A DNA stretch of 53,257 nucleotides. It comes from an uncultured Acidobacteriota bacterium (lineage in GTDB: Bacteria > Acidobacteriota > HRBIN11 > JAKEFK01). Positions 27,080-34,761 of the stretch are shown here, piece by piece (positions within the stretch are counted from its first letter, which is position 1; each line of letters opens with the position of its first letter). The stretch lies in NCBI GenBank assembly GCA_964504105.1, contig CAZDDB010000001.1, positions 1 through 53,257 of the forward strand. The letters are read 5' to 3'. A program made the position numbers and the translations under genes. Below the pieces are notes generated by a model. That model did no database searches, was not told the origin of the DNA, and saw only the letters and a list, made by a program, of their open reading frames with translations.

Positions 27080-27427
27080 TTAGAATGAAGAGATGGCCGC
27101 TGCTTCGTCCTCGAAAACCTCGAAGATCCCCAGCAGGCCGGTGATTTTCAATGTATGGCGGACCATCTTTCCCGGATTCAGCAATTTCAGCTTTCCGCCG
27201 CTCTGGGTGATCGTCGTATAGCTCTTGACGATCGCCCCGATCCCTGAGCTGTCCATGAACTCCACCGTCTCCAGATTCAGCACTACGCGGTTGTAGTTGC
27301 GCGAGGTCAGATCGGCAATCGCATCCTTGTAACGCTGTTCGTTCGCCCCGACCGTAAGATTTCCGATCAGATCCAGGACTACAACATCCCCTTTCTTTCG
27401 TTTTTGAATATCGAACTCATGATCCAT
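27080..27427 (-). CDS. STAS-domain anti-sigma-factor antagonist (SpoIIAA/RsbV-like)
   Basis: 115 aa. Loop FMDSSGIGAIV with a phosphorylatable Ser. Confidence 0.85.
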   Translation of the reverse strand: MDHEFDIQKRKKGDVVVLDLIGNLTVGANEQRYKDAIADLTSRNYNRVVLNLETVEFMDSSGIGAIVKSYTTITQSGGKLKLLNPGKMVRHTLKITGLLGIFEVFEDEAAAISSF

Positions 27428-27582
27428 TTGCCAACTCCATTTCCGGGAAACCTGCGGGGTTTCCGAACATTGATTGCCCGATGGAAAAATGCTAACATCA
27501 GCGCAAATTGTTTCTGCGCTCAGGACAGGGCTATTATAATTTTGACGTTCCTTGCAGTCAAACCTGAGATAGCGAGGTAGAA

Positions 27583-30009
27583 ATGGCTGAAGAAGCGAGC
27601 AGCAAAATATTTCAGTTGTACCGGCTGGCGTATTCGCTGATTTTTTGCCGCTCCCTTCCGGAGATCCTGGAAACAGCTACTACCAATCTTGCGAAATCGA
27701 CCGGCACGCGCAATGCGATCCTCTGGCAGTTTTCAGCGTCTCAGGCCAGCTTGATTCCCGCTCATCTTCAGCTGGAAGATAAATCGACCCGTACGCGCAC
27801 CGTTTCACTCGGATCTGATTTTCTGGGTGAGGTCTTTCGCAGCGGCAAACCACTTTTTCTGGATGCCGAAAAGTTGCAAGAGTCGAACAAACACGTTCAG
27901 TTCTCCAAAGAAACGATTCTGATCTCCGGCCTTTGCATCCCATTTAAAGGAAAGCCTGAACTTGAAGGGGTGCTTGAACTCGTAAATAAAGCGGAAGGGG
28001 CGTCGACGTTTAACGAGGACGATGCCGAATATGTGAGTAAGGCGATGGAACTGGTGCAGGTCGCAGCGGCCAACATGAAGTCCTATGAAGAACAGGCCCG
28101 CAACCAGCTGAACGCGATTACCAGACTGACGCTTCTGTATGACATAAGCCAGATCTTCAATTCCACGCTGGAACTGGGGCAGTTGCTCCCGATCATCGGT
28201 GAGAAAATTCGCGACATCCTGGATGCCGAAACATGCACCGTCTGGCTTCTGGATGAAACGGGAGAAAAAATCTATTGCGCAAAGAGTTCGGGCGCCTATG
28301 GAGAACTGTTTAAGAAGCTTCGTCCAAAATTGGAAGAGGACATAGCTGGAGAAATCATTCAGCAGGGAGAGGGGATCCTTTTGGAGGATGCGAGCGAAGA
28401 CGAACGCCTGTTGAAACGGATGCCGGATAAAGAGGAGCACCCCGTTGTTACCTATATGGCTTCTCCGCTGGAATGCAAAGGAAAGATTCTTGGCACGCTG
28501 GAAGTTCTCAATCGCGTGAACGAGAACCTCCCCAACTTCAATGAAGAGGACCAGTTTCTGTTAAACGATCTTTCGCATCAGGCAGCGGTTTCCATTCACA
28601 ATGCAAACCTGCTTCAGGCCGAACGGAAAGCAAAAGAACTCGATGCGTTGTTGAGCATCAGCCATGAGATCACGTCCACTCTCAACCTGGATCGTGTTTT
28701 GCTGACGATTGTCAATCAGGCGGCCTCGCTTCTTCCGTACGACCGTGCGGCGATTGCGTTGATGGAAAAGAATAAGCTGGAACTCGTTGCGGTTTCAGGA
28801 ATCATGGAAGTCGACAAGAAGAGCGAGCCCATGATTGATCTCCAGCAAATACTCCTGTGGAGTCTGCAAAGCGGCAAGTCGATGTACATTTCGGAATTCA
28901 ACGAGAAGATCGCTACGGATCGCGAGGAAACACGTGAAAAATTCAAGGCCTACTTCGCCCGCTCCGGTATGAAATCATTTGTCTCCATTCCTCTGAAAGA
29001 TGAAGAAGGGGAACTGGGGATCCTGAGCTTTGAAAGCGATACCGCTTATTTTCTGGATGAACGTCATCTTGAGGTTGCCAGCATTCTTTCGAACCAGGCT
29101 ACGGTCGCGATTCGCAATGCGCAGTTGTACCGCCAGATGCCCTTGATCAACATTATGGGACCGATCATGCAGAAAAAGGCCCTCCTCATGAAAATGCCGC
29201 AGGGCCGCAGGATGGCGTGGGGGGCAGGGATCGCTCTTGCTCTTGCGATTCTGATTCTTGTCCCCTGGAACATGAAGCTTGTTGGAGATGTTACTGTTCT
29301 TCCCGCTCGAAAGACACCTGTGGCGAGTCAGGTGGAAGGCATTGTCAAGAAGGTGTATCTGCGCGAGGGAGCCCGAATCAAGAAAGGCACCCTGATCGCG
29401 TCTCTTGAGGACAACGATTACAGACTTGCCCTGCAACAAAAGCATACGGAGCGAGATGTACTGCAGAAGGAGATCAGTCGCAGTCAAAGCATCGGTGATT
29501 CAGCATCTGCGAGGATGCAGCAGATCCAGTTAGACCAGGTTCTCAGAGAAATTGAATTTTACGAATACAATCTGAATGCCACGAGGATCGTTGCTCCCCT
29601 CGACGGTGTGCTGATCACCCCCAGGATTGAGGAAAAGACCGGTTCACTGCTCGTGAAGGGGGAGGCGTTCTGTGAAGTGGCCGACATGCGTTCGCCCCGT
29701 GCTGAAATCGAGGTCGAAGAGGGGGACGCGGCCTTCGCCGGGACTGGTCAGAAGGTCAGTTTAAAGATGAACGCATACGCTACGCAGAAATTTTACGGGA
29801 CAGTCAATCTTCTGGGTACGCAACTTGTTGCTCGAGATACGGAACACTACTATCGCCTGGAAGCGCAAATTGACAATCCGGACCTGCTGCTCAAGTCGGG
29901 AATGGTAGGAAAAGCAAAAGTGGAGGTTGGCTACCGCAGCATCGGCTATGTCTTATTACGAAAGCCCTTCCGATTTATATGGAAAAAGTTTTGGGTCTGG
30001 CTCCCCTGA
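27583..30009 (+). CDS. triple-GAF / TM / HlyD-family membrane-fusion-protein fusion
   Basis: RBS GAGG 7 nt upstream. About 530 aa of three GAF-like modules, TM helix MAWGAGIALALAILILVPW, then HlyD features (VASQVEGIVKKVYLREGARIKKGTLIASLED, coiled coil, IVAPLDGVLITP). Confidence 0.85.
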   Translation: MAEEASSKIFQLYRLAYSLIFCRSLPEILETATTNLAKSTGTRNAILWQFSASQASLIPAHLQLEDKSTRTRTVSLGSDFLGEVFRSGKPLFLDAEKLQESNKHVQFSKETILISGLCIPFKGKPELEGVLELVNKAEGASTFNEDDAEYVSKAMELVQVAAANMKSYEEQARNQLNAITRLTLLYDISQIFNSTLELGQLLPIIGEKIRDILDAETCTVWLLDETGEKIYCAKSSGAYGELFKKLRPKLEEDIAGEIIQQGEGILLEDASEDERLLKRMPDKEEHPVVTYMASPLECKGKILGTLEVLNRVNENLPNFNEEDQFLLNDLSHQAAVSIHNANLLQAERKAKELDALLSISHEITSTLNLDRVLLTIVNQAASLLPYDRAAIALMEKNKLELVAVSGIMEVDKKSEPMIDLQQILLWSLQSGKSMYISEFNEKIATDREETREKFKAYFARSGMKSFVSIPLKDEEGELGILSFESDTAYFLDERHLEVASILSNQATVAIRNAQLYRQMPLINIMGPIMQKKALLMKMPQGRRMAWGAGIALALAILILVPWNMKLVGDVTVLPARKTPVASQVEGIVKKVYLREGARIKKGTLIASLEDNDYRLALQQKHTERDVLQKEISRSQSIGDSASARMQQIQLDQVLREIEFYEYNLNATRIVAPLDGVLITPRIEEKTGSLLVKGEAFCEVADMRSPRAEIEVEEGDAAFAGTGQKVSLKMNAYATQKFYGTVNLLGTQLVARDTEHYYRLEAQIDNPDLLLKSGMVGKAKVEVGYRSIGYVLLRKPFRFIWKKFWVWLP

Positions 30010-30025
30010 TGTAACCCTGCCCAAA

Positions 30026-32080
30026 ATGCGATCGGATCTGGTGATCCGTCGGCAGGTCCATCAGAAAGAAGTCTATTACATCGTCAAAGATCCCCCGGCG
30101 ATGGCGTACTTTAACTTTCCTCCTTCCGAACACGAAATCCTGACGCTCTTTGATGGAAAGCGAACGGATGAGGAAATCATTGATGAATACAACCGGAGGC
30201 ATCCGTTGGAAATCATCGATGAAGACGGATTGGCAGCCTCGAAGGCAGGGTTTCGGGAAATGGAACTCCTCGAGATCCCTCCACGTGTCAAGAACCTGAT
30301 GCTTATGGAGCGTATCCGCGCTCAGCGGCAACTTCGAAAGAAAGCCACCGAAGGCGACATTTTTTACATGACGTTTTCCGCCTGGGACCCGGACAGAATC
30401 TTTAACCGTGTGATTCCGTATCTCCGCTTCTTCTGGACGCGCGAATTTCTTCTGATTTCTGCTGTTTGCATCCTGATGATGCTCGGAATCAACTATGTCA
30501 AATGGGAAGAATTTAAGCAGGGCACGATTGAACTTTATTCGTTTAGTAATAAATCGCTGTGGGAAGTTTTCGTATTTATTTTTCTGATGACGGCTACCGG
30601 CACGGTTCACGAGCTTGCTCACGGACTGACTCTGAAGAATTATGGCGGAGAAGTTCATCAGGTGGGTTTTCTGCTGTTTTACCTTACTCCCGCATTCTAC
30701 GCAGACGTCAGCGATTCGTATATCCTTCCGCGGAAAGAGCGCCTGTGGACTACGCTTGCAGGGACATATGCCGAGTTGATGCTCTGTTCCATCGCCTCCT
30801 TTGTCTGGTATTTTGCTGTGCCGGGAACGCTGATCTACTACTTTGCCTTTCAGGTGATTCTGTTTACAGGCATTTCTTCCTTCCTGATCAATATGAACCC
30901 CCTCATCAAGCTGGATGGATACTTCATCCTGATGGATACGTTGGAAATACCGGATCTTCGCGAAGAATCCTTTTCTTTCGTTGTTCGATGGGTCAAGAAG
31001 AATGTCTTCGGGTTACAGGTAGAAGAAGAGGAGCAGACAACGCGGCGGAGACGGCGTATTTTTATCACTTATGCCTTCTTTGCCATGCTGTACACTCTCA
31101 CAATCTACCTGTTGGTAGTGATCTGGATACGGAATATCTATCTCAACTCCTTTGGAAGGGTTGGTTATTTTCTGTTCCTGGTTACGGTGTATTTCCTTTT
31201 CCGGAAAGAAATCAAGGAAATATTTCAATTCGGCAAGTTTGTCTATCTGGATAAGAAAGAGGTGCTTATGAAGAAGAAACCTGCCATCTGGATCGGCGGC
31301 GGGATCGCGCTGATTTTGCTTCTGGTGTTTCCCGCGCACACAAAGATTTCGAGCGCTTTTGTTGTGGAACCTTCCCAAAGAGTGGAAGTGCGAGCCGGAA
31401 CAGACGGGTTTATTGACCAGGTGCTTGTTCGCGAAAGTGATTCCGTTCAGCCGGGCCAAGTCCTTGTCCGAATGAAGAATCGTGATATGGACCTTCACGT
31501 TATGCAGATCAGCTCCGGGTTGGAGCAGCGAACCCGCACTTTATATGCCCTGCAGTCGTTGGAAGACAAAGCAGAATATCAGATGAGACAGCGTGAGCAG
31601 AAACAGCTTCTGGAACAGAAAACGGAGTTGGATCGAAAGATTGGGCAGCTGGTTCTGAAGTCGCCGATTCGAGGAACAGTCATGACTCCCCGCGTGGATG
31701 AGTTGACCGGAACATATGTTGAAAAGGGCGTGCTGGTTTGCGTGATTGGATCGCTGGATCGAGTTCGGATCCAGATCCCGGTGCAAGAGTATGCGATAGA
31801 GGACATTTCGGTCGGTCGGGAGGTCGTGCTAAAACTGGACGCTTATCCGACGAAAACATATCCCGGTGTGGTGGCGGAAATCTCTTCTGCCGGAACAGAA
31901 AGAGTGGATGCAATCGAGGGATCCTTTGCGAAATTTATGGTAACGGTATTGATTGAGAATCAGGATCGCCGGTTGGTTCCTGGAATGAGAGGGGACGCGA
32001 AGATTTTGGGCCCGAGATATCCAACGATCTGGAGGATGGGCCGCGAAGTCCGCCGCTGGATACAGTCGCGTGTCTGGTGA
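30026..32080 (+). CDS. PqqD/RRE-like N-domain / site-2-protease (M50) / HlyD fusion protein
   Basis: HELAH and NMNPLIKLDG metalloprotease motifs in a multi-TM core. N-terminal YYIVKDPPAMAYFNFPPSEHEILTLFDGKRTDEEIIDEY. C-terminal TM plus HlyD unit. The start is uncertain: ATG 30026 is chosen, and in-frame ATG 29948 / TTG 29927 would overlap the upstream gene. Confidence 0.8.
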   Translation: MRSDLVIRRQVHQKEVYYIVKDPPAMAYFNFPPSEHEILTLFDGKRTDEEIIDEYNRRHPLEIIDEDGLAASKAGFREMELLEIPPRVKNLMLMERIRAQRQLRKKATEGDIFYMTFSAWDPDRIFNRVIPYLRFFWTREFLLISAVCILMMLGINYVKWEEFKQGTIELYSFSNKSLWEVFVFIFLMTATGTVHELAHGLTLKNYGGEVHQVGFLLFYLTPAFYADVSDSYILPRKERLWTTLAGTYAELMLCSIASFVWYFAVPGTLIYYFAFQVILFTGISSFLINMNPLIKLDGYFILMDTLEIPDLREESFSFVVRWVKKNVFGLQVEEEEQTTRRRRRIFITYAFFAMLYTLTIYLLVVIWIRNIYLNSFGRVGYFLFLVTVYFLFRKEIKEIFQFGKFVYLDKKEVLMKKKPAIWIGGGIALILLLVFPAHTKISSAFVVEPSQRVEVRAGTDGFIDQVLVRESDSVQPGQVLVRMKNRDMDLHVMQISSGLEQRTRTLYALQSLEDKAEYQMRQREQKQLLEQKTELDRKIGQLVLKSPIRGTVMTPRVDELTGTYVEKGVLVCVIGSLDRVRIQIPVQEYAIEDISVGREVVLKLDAYPTKTYPGVVAEISSAGTERVDAIEGSFAKFMVTVLIENQDRRLVPGMRGDAKILGPRYPTIWRMGREVRRWIQSRVW

Positions 32081-32183
32081 AGAAATCGTTTGGGGGGCGG
32101 GCCTCCGTGCCCGCCGAAGAAGTTAGCGGAATCCGGCAGGCAGGGACGCCCGCCCCTCCGGATCGGATTGTGGACAAAAGCAA

Positions 32184-32216
32184 AAGGCCATCCCGGAGGA
32201 TGGCCCTTGTTTTTTG
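32184..32216. terminator. bidirectional rho-independent terminator between convergent genes
   Basis: Stem GGCCATCC / GGATGGCC with a 4-nt loop. It is flanked by an A-run on the 5' side and GTTTTTT on the 3' side, so a U-tract is present on both strands. Confidence 0.7.
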
Positions 32217-32225
32217 TGCGTGTGA

Positions 32226-32507
32226 TCAGCCCACTCTTTTTGGATTGGCTCTCTTTGCCGCTCTCTTTGGATTGGCTCTCTTTGCCGCCCTTTTTGGATT
32301 GGCTCTCTTTGCCGCTCTCTTTGGATTGGCTCTCTTTGCCGCTCTTTTCGGATTCGCTCTCTTTGCCGCCCTTTTCGCCGCAAGTCTCGGGGCCAGCATC
32401 GGCGTTACTTTCGCCTCAACCGTTTCCACCTTGATTTCCGGCTGTTCCGAACGAGCCTGTCTCAACTGTTCTTTTTGTTCCTCGGTCATTTCAAATTTAT
32501 CTGGCAT
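32226..32507 (-). CDS. small acidic-N / basic-repeat protein (5 x AAKRANPKR), histone-H1-like composition
   Basis: AGGAGG 8 nt upstream of ATG 32507, a sigma-54 promoter about 40 nt upstream, and a terminator downstream. 93 aa. Confidence 0.7.
   Translation of the reverse strand: MPDKFEMTEEQKEQLRQARSEQPEIKVETVEAKVTPMLAPRLAAKRAAKRANPKRAAKRANPKRAAKRANPKRAAKRANPKRAAKRANPKRVG
32232..32380. repeat. 27-bp tandem repeat, about 5.5 copies (unit ctctttgccgctctctttggattggct)
   Basis: Read directly. Units start at 32249, 32276, 32303 and 32330, with partial copies at both ends. In frame with the 93-aa minus-strand ORF. Confidence 0.9.
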
Positions 32508-32543
32508 TTTCTTTTCCTCCTATTCGATCTTTGCACTTTGAGC

Positions 32544-32563
32544 TATTGCAATCCTCTTGCCAA
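32544..32563 (-). promoter_or_regulatory. sigma-54 (-24/-12) promoter
   Basis: Minus strand reads TTGGCAAGAGGATTGCAATA, matching TGGCAC-N5-TTGCW with GG and GC at canonical spacing. Confidence 0.7.
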
Positions 32564-32635
32564 CTATCATTTCCTCGGAGGCAACGTAAAGGAGAGTCTT
32601 ATCAGAGTAAATTTTCATCCTTGAAGGAGAAGGAG

Positions 32636-32652
32636 AGGTGAATTTTTCACCT
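32636..32652. promoter_or_regulatory. perfect 7-3-7 palindrome AGGTGAAtttTTCACCT, candidate enhancer-binding-protein site (UAS)
   Basis: Centred about 95 nt upstream of the -12 element of the sigma-54 promoter. Confidence 0.4.
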
Positions 32653-32672
32653 GAGGTATTCTTGCGCAAGCC

Positions 32673-34052
32673 CTAAAGGTCATATTTTCGGGAGAGGTAC
32701 TTCATCTGGTTTTTGTCGAGACCGAGGCTCTGTGCTGCTTTGGTTTTGACACCGCTGGCTTTTTGCAAGGCATCCTGAAGAAGCTGACGCTCGAATTTTT
32801 CTACGGCCTGATCAAAGGTCATTCCCGCATCAAGACGAATGTCAGGCGATCCGGAGTCACGATGTTCCTTTTGAATGTATGAAGGGAGATCCCGCGCTCG
32901 GATCGTTTTTTGGTCGCTCATGAGGATCAAAGTCTGCACCAGATTTTCCAGCTCGCGGACATTTCCTTTCCATGAATACGAAACCAGGGGTTGCAGGGCA
33001 TCCGGATCAAAATTCTTTACAGGGATACCATTCTCCTTACAAAACAGATGCAGAAAGTGATTCAACAGGGCCGGGATGTCTTCCGTCCGTTCCCGGAGCG
33101 GGGGGACATGAATCGGAAATACGTGAACGCGGTAGTAAAGGTCCTCACGGAATTGTTCTTCCTTTACTTTCTTTTCGAGATCTTCATTGGTAGCGGTAAT
33201 CAGCCGAACGTCTGCTGAAATCTGTTTGGTTCCGCCGATCCGATCGAACCGACGCTCTTGCAGGACGCGCAACAGTTTGGCCTGAACGGAAAGACTGATG
33301 GATCCGATTTCATCAAGGAACAACGTGCCGCCGTGAGCCAGTTCAAAGCGTCCCGCGCGCGCCGACACGGCGCCTGTAAACGCACCGCGCTCATGACCGA
33401 ACAGTTCCGATTCAATCAGGGTTTCCGGCAGTGCTGCGCAATTGACGCTCACAAACGCCTTTTCGCGCCGGCGGCTGTTGTAATGAATCGCGCGCGCGAT
33501 CAACTCTTTGCCCGTCCCGCTCTCCCCGCGGATGATCACGGTTGCGGGAGTATCCGCCACGCGCCTGATTGCATCGAAAACGCGCAGCATCGGCGGGCTT
33601 TGCCCGATCATGTTTTCGAAGGAATAGCGGTTCTGTAACTCCCGGTGCAGCCGGTCATTTTCCAGCTGGATCCTTTGTTTTTCGAGCGCACGACCGATGA
33701 TCAGCTTCAGTTCCGTCAAATCAAACGGTTTCTTAAAAAAATCGTAAGCGCCTGCATCCACCGCTTTCTGGATCGCCTTCATGTCCGCGTCACCGGACAT
33801 CACAATAATGATTGTTTCCGGAAGGTCTCTCCGGATCGTTTCGATCAGAGACATTCCTTCCTGGATCTTTCCTGTGGGAGGCATATGCAGATCTACAAGC
33901 GCCAGCTCCGGCTTTTCCTGCAATAGCAGACGTTCCCCTTCGATCCGGTCACCGGCCTCGATGACTTCGTAATCTTTGTTCAGGGCGAACGAGAGCTGCT
34001 GACGGAGAAGGCGATCATCCTCCACCACAGCAATTTTTTTATGTGGGAGCAT
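32673..34052 (-). CDS. sigma-54-dependent response regulator (NtrC family: REC - AAA+ - Fis HTH)
   Basis: Start at ATG 34052 (MLPHKKIAVVEDD..). REC domain with acceptor Asp in LALVDLHMPP, Walker A GESGTGKE, GAFTGA loop, and a C-terminal HTH. Overlaps the kinase stop by 14 nt. Confidence 0.9.
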   Translation of the reverse strand: MLPHKKIAVVEDDRLLRQQLSFALNKDYEVIEAGDRIEGERLLLQEKPELALVDLHMPPTGKIQEGMSLIETIRRDLPETIIIVMSGDADMKAIQKAVDAGAYDFFKKPFDLTELKLIIGRALEKQRIQLENDRLHRELQNRYSFENMIGQSPPMLRVFDAIRRVADTPATVIIRGESGTGKELIARAIHYNSRRREKAFVSVNCAALPETLIESELFGHERGAFTGAVSARAGRFELAHGGTLFLDEIGSISLSVQAKLLRVLQERRFDRIGGTKQISADVRLITATNEDLEKKVKEEQFREDLYYRVHVFPIHVPPLRERTEDIPALLNHFLHLFCKENGIPVKNFDPDALQPLVSYSWKGNVRELENLVQTLILMSDQKTIRARDLPSYIQKEHRDSGSPDIRLDAGMTFDQAVEKFERQLLQDALQKASGVKTKAAQSLGLDKNQMKYLSRKYDL

Positions 34053-34749
34053 TTTCTTCCGAAGGCAAATCAACGGGCAGGACAATCCGGAACGTGGTTC
34101 CCTCATTCGGGCTGCTTTCGACTTCAATCTTGCCGTGATGAAGCGCGAAGATCTGCTGGCTGGTGAACAAGCCCAGACCGAGGCCATTCTCTTTTGTGGT
34201 GATAAACGGACGGAACAGTTTGCTTTCCATAAAACCCTGGCTCATTCCGATGCCTGTGTCGGAAATCTCAACAATTACCCAGGGCTTTTTCCTGCGGCGC
34301 AACACTTTTGTCTTGACCCCCAGCGTGCCGCCTTCGGGCATCGCTTCTGCCGCGTTTTCGATGAGACTCTGAAATGCATTTTGTAAATAGAACGTGTCTC
34401 CCCAAAGCAGCGGCATCTCTCCAAGACTCAGTTCGATCTTCAGGTTCCGTGTCCTCCCGGAGGGGAGGGCATCCAGCAACCCTGCGAGGATCTGGTTGAG
34501 ATCCACGCGGACTTTTACCATGACGTGCTGCTGCTGTTCCTTGAACCGCTTCACAATATCGTTCATCTTGCGGATCGTGTCGCCCAAAACATCGAGCATA
34601 CTCTTCTTGAACAGTGGATTTTCGTAGTTGTCATCCATGTTTTGCAAGAGCGCGCTCAGGCGGAACGCCAGGTTCTTCATGTCATGGACGATCACGGAAT
34701 CAACAGTCTGTCCGACTGTGTTCTGACTATCTTTTCGTTTTCGTGTCAT
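34039..34749 (-). CDS. soluble histidine kinase core (HisKA + HATPase_c) without a sensor domain
   Basis: H-box SVIVHDMKNLAF, N-box LIENAAEAM, G-boxes DTGIGM and GLGLGL. 236 aa and no TM segment. Confidence 0.85.
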   Translation of the reverse strand: MTRKRKDSQNTVGQTVDSVIVHDMKNLAFRLSALLQNMDDNYENPLFKKSMLDVLGDTIRKMNDIVKRFKEQQQHVMVKVRVDLNQILAGLLDALPSGRTRNLKIELSLGEMPLLWGDTFYLQNAFQSLIENAAEAMPEGGTLGVKTKVLRRRKKPWVIVEISDTGIGMSQGFMESKLFRPFITTKENGLGLGLFTSQQIFALHHGKIEVESSPNEGTTFRIVLPVDLPSEENAPT

Positions 34750-34761
34750 CGATGGAACGGT

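Noticed and set aside
27545-27562. Sigma-54-like sequence TTGACGTTCCTTGCA upstream of the GAF-HlyD gene
   Set aside because: It has the TTGCA -12-like element, but the essentially invariant -24 GG is GA here. It does not meet the consensus.
32232-32380. Possible CRISPR array
   Set aside because: The 27-bp units are directly adjacent with no spacers, and they lie in frame within a coding sequence. This is a tandem repeat, not a CRISPR array.
32077-32541. 154-aa plus-strand ORF (LFGLALFAA hydrophobic repeats), together with two other frames, across the 27-bp tandem repeat
   Set aside because: It starts at a GTG inside the stop region of the upstream gene, has no RBS, and reads straight through the bidirectional terminator hairpin. 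The minus-strand frame has AGGAGG, a sigma-54 promoter and a terminator. All frames are open only because the repeat is stop-free.
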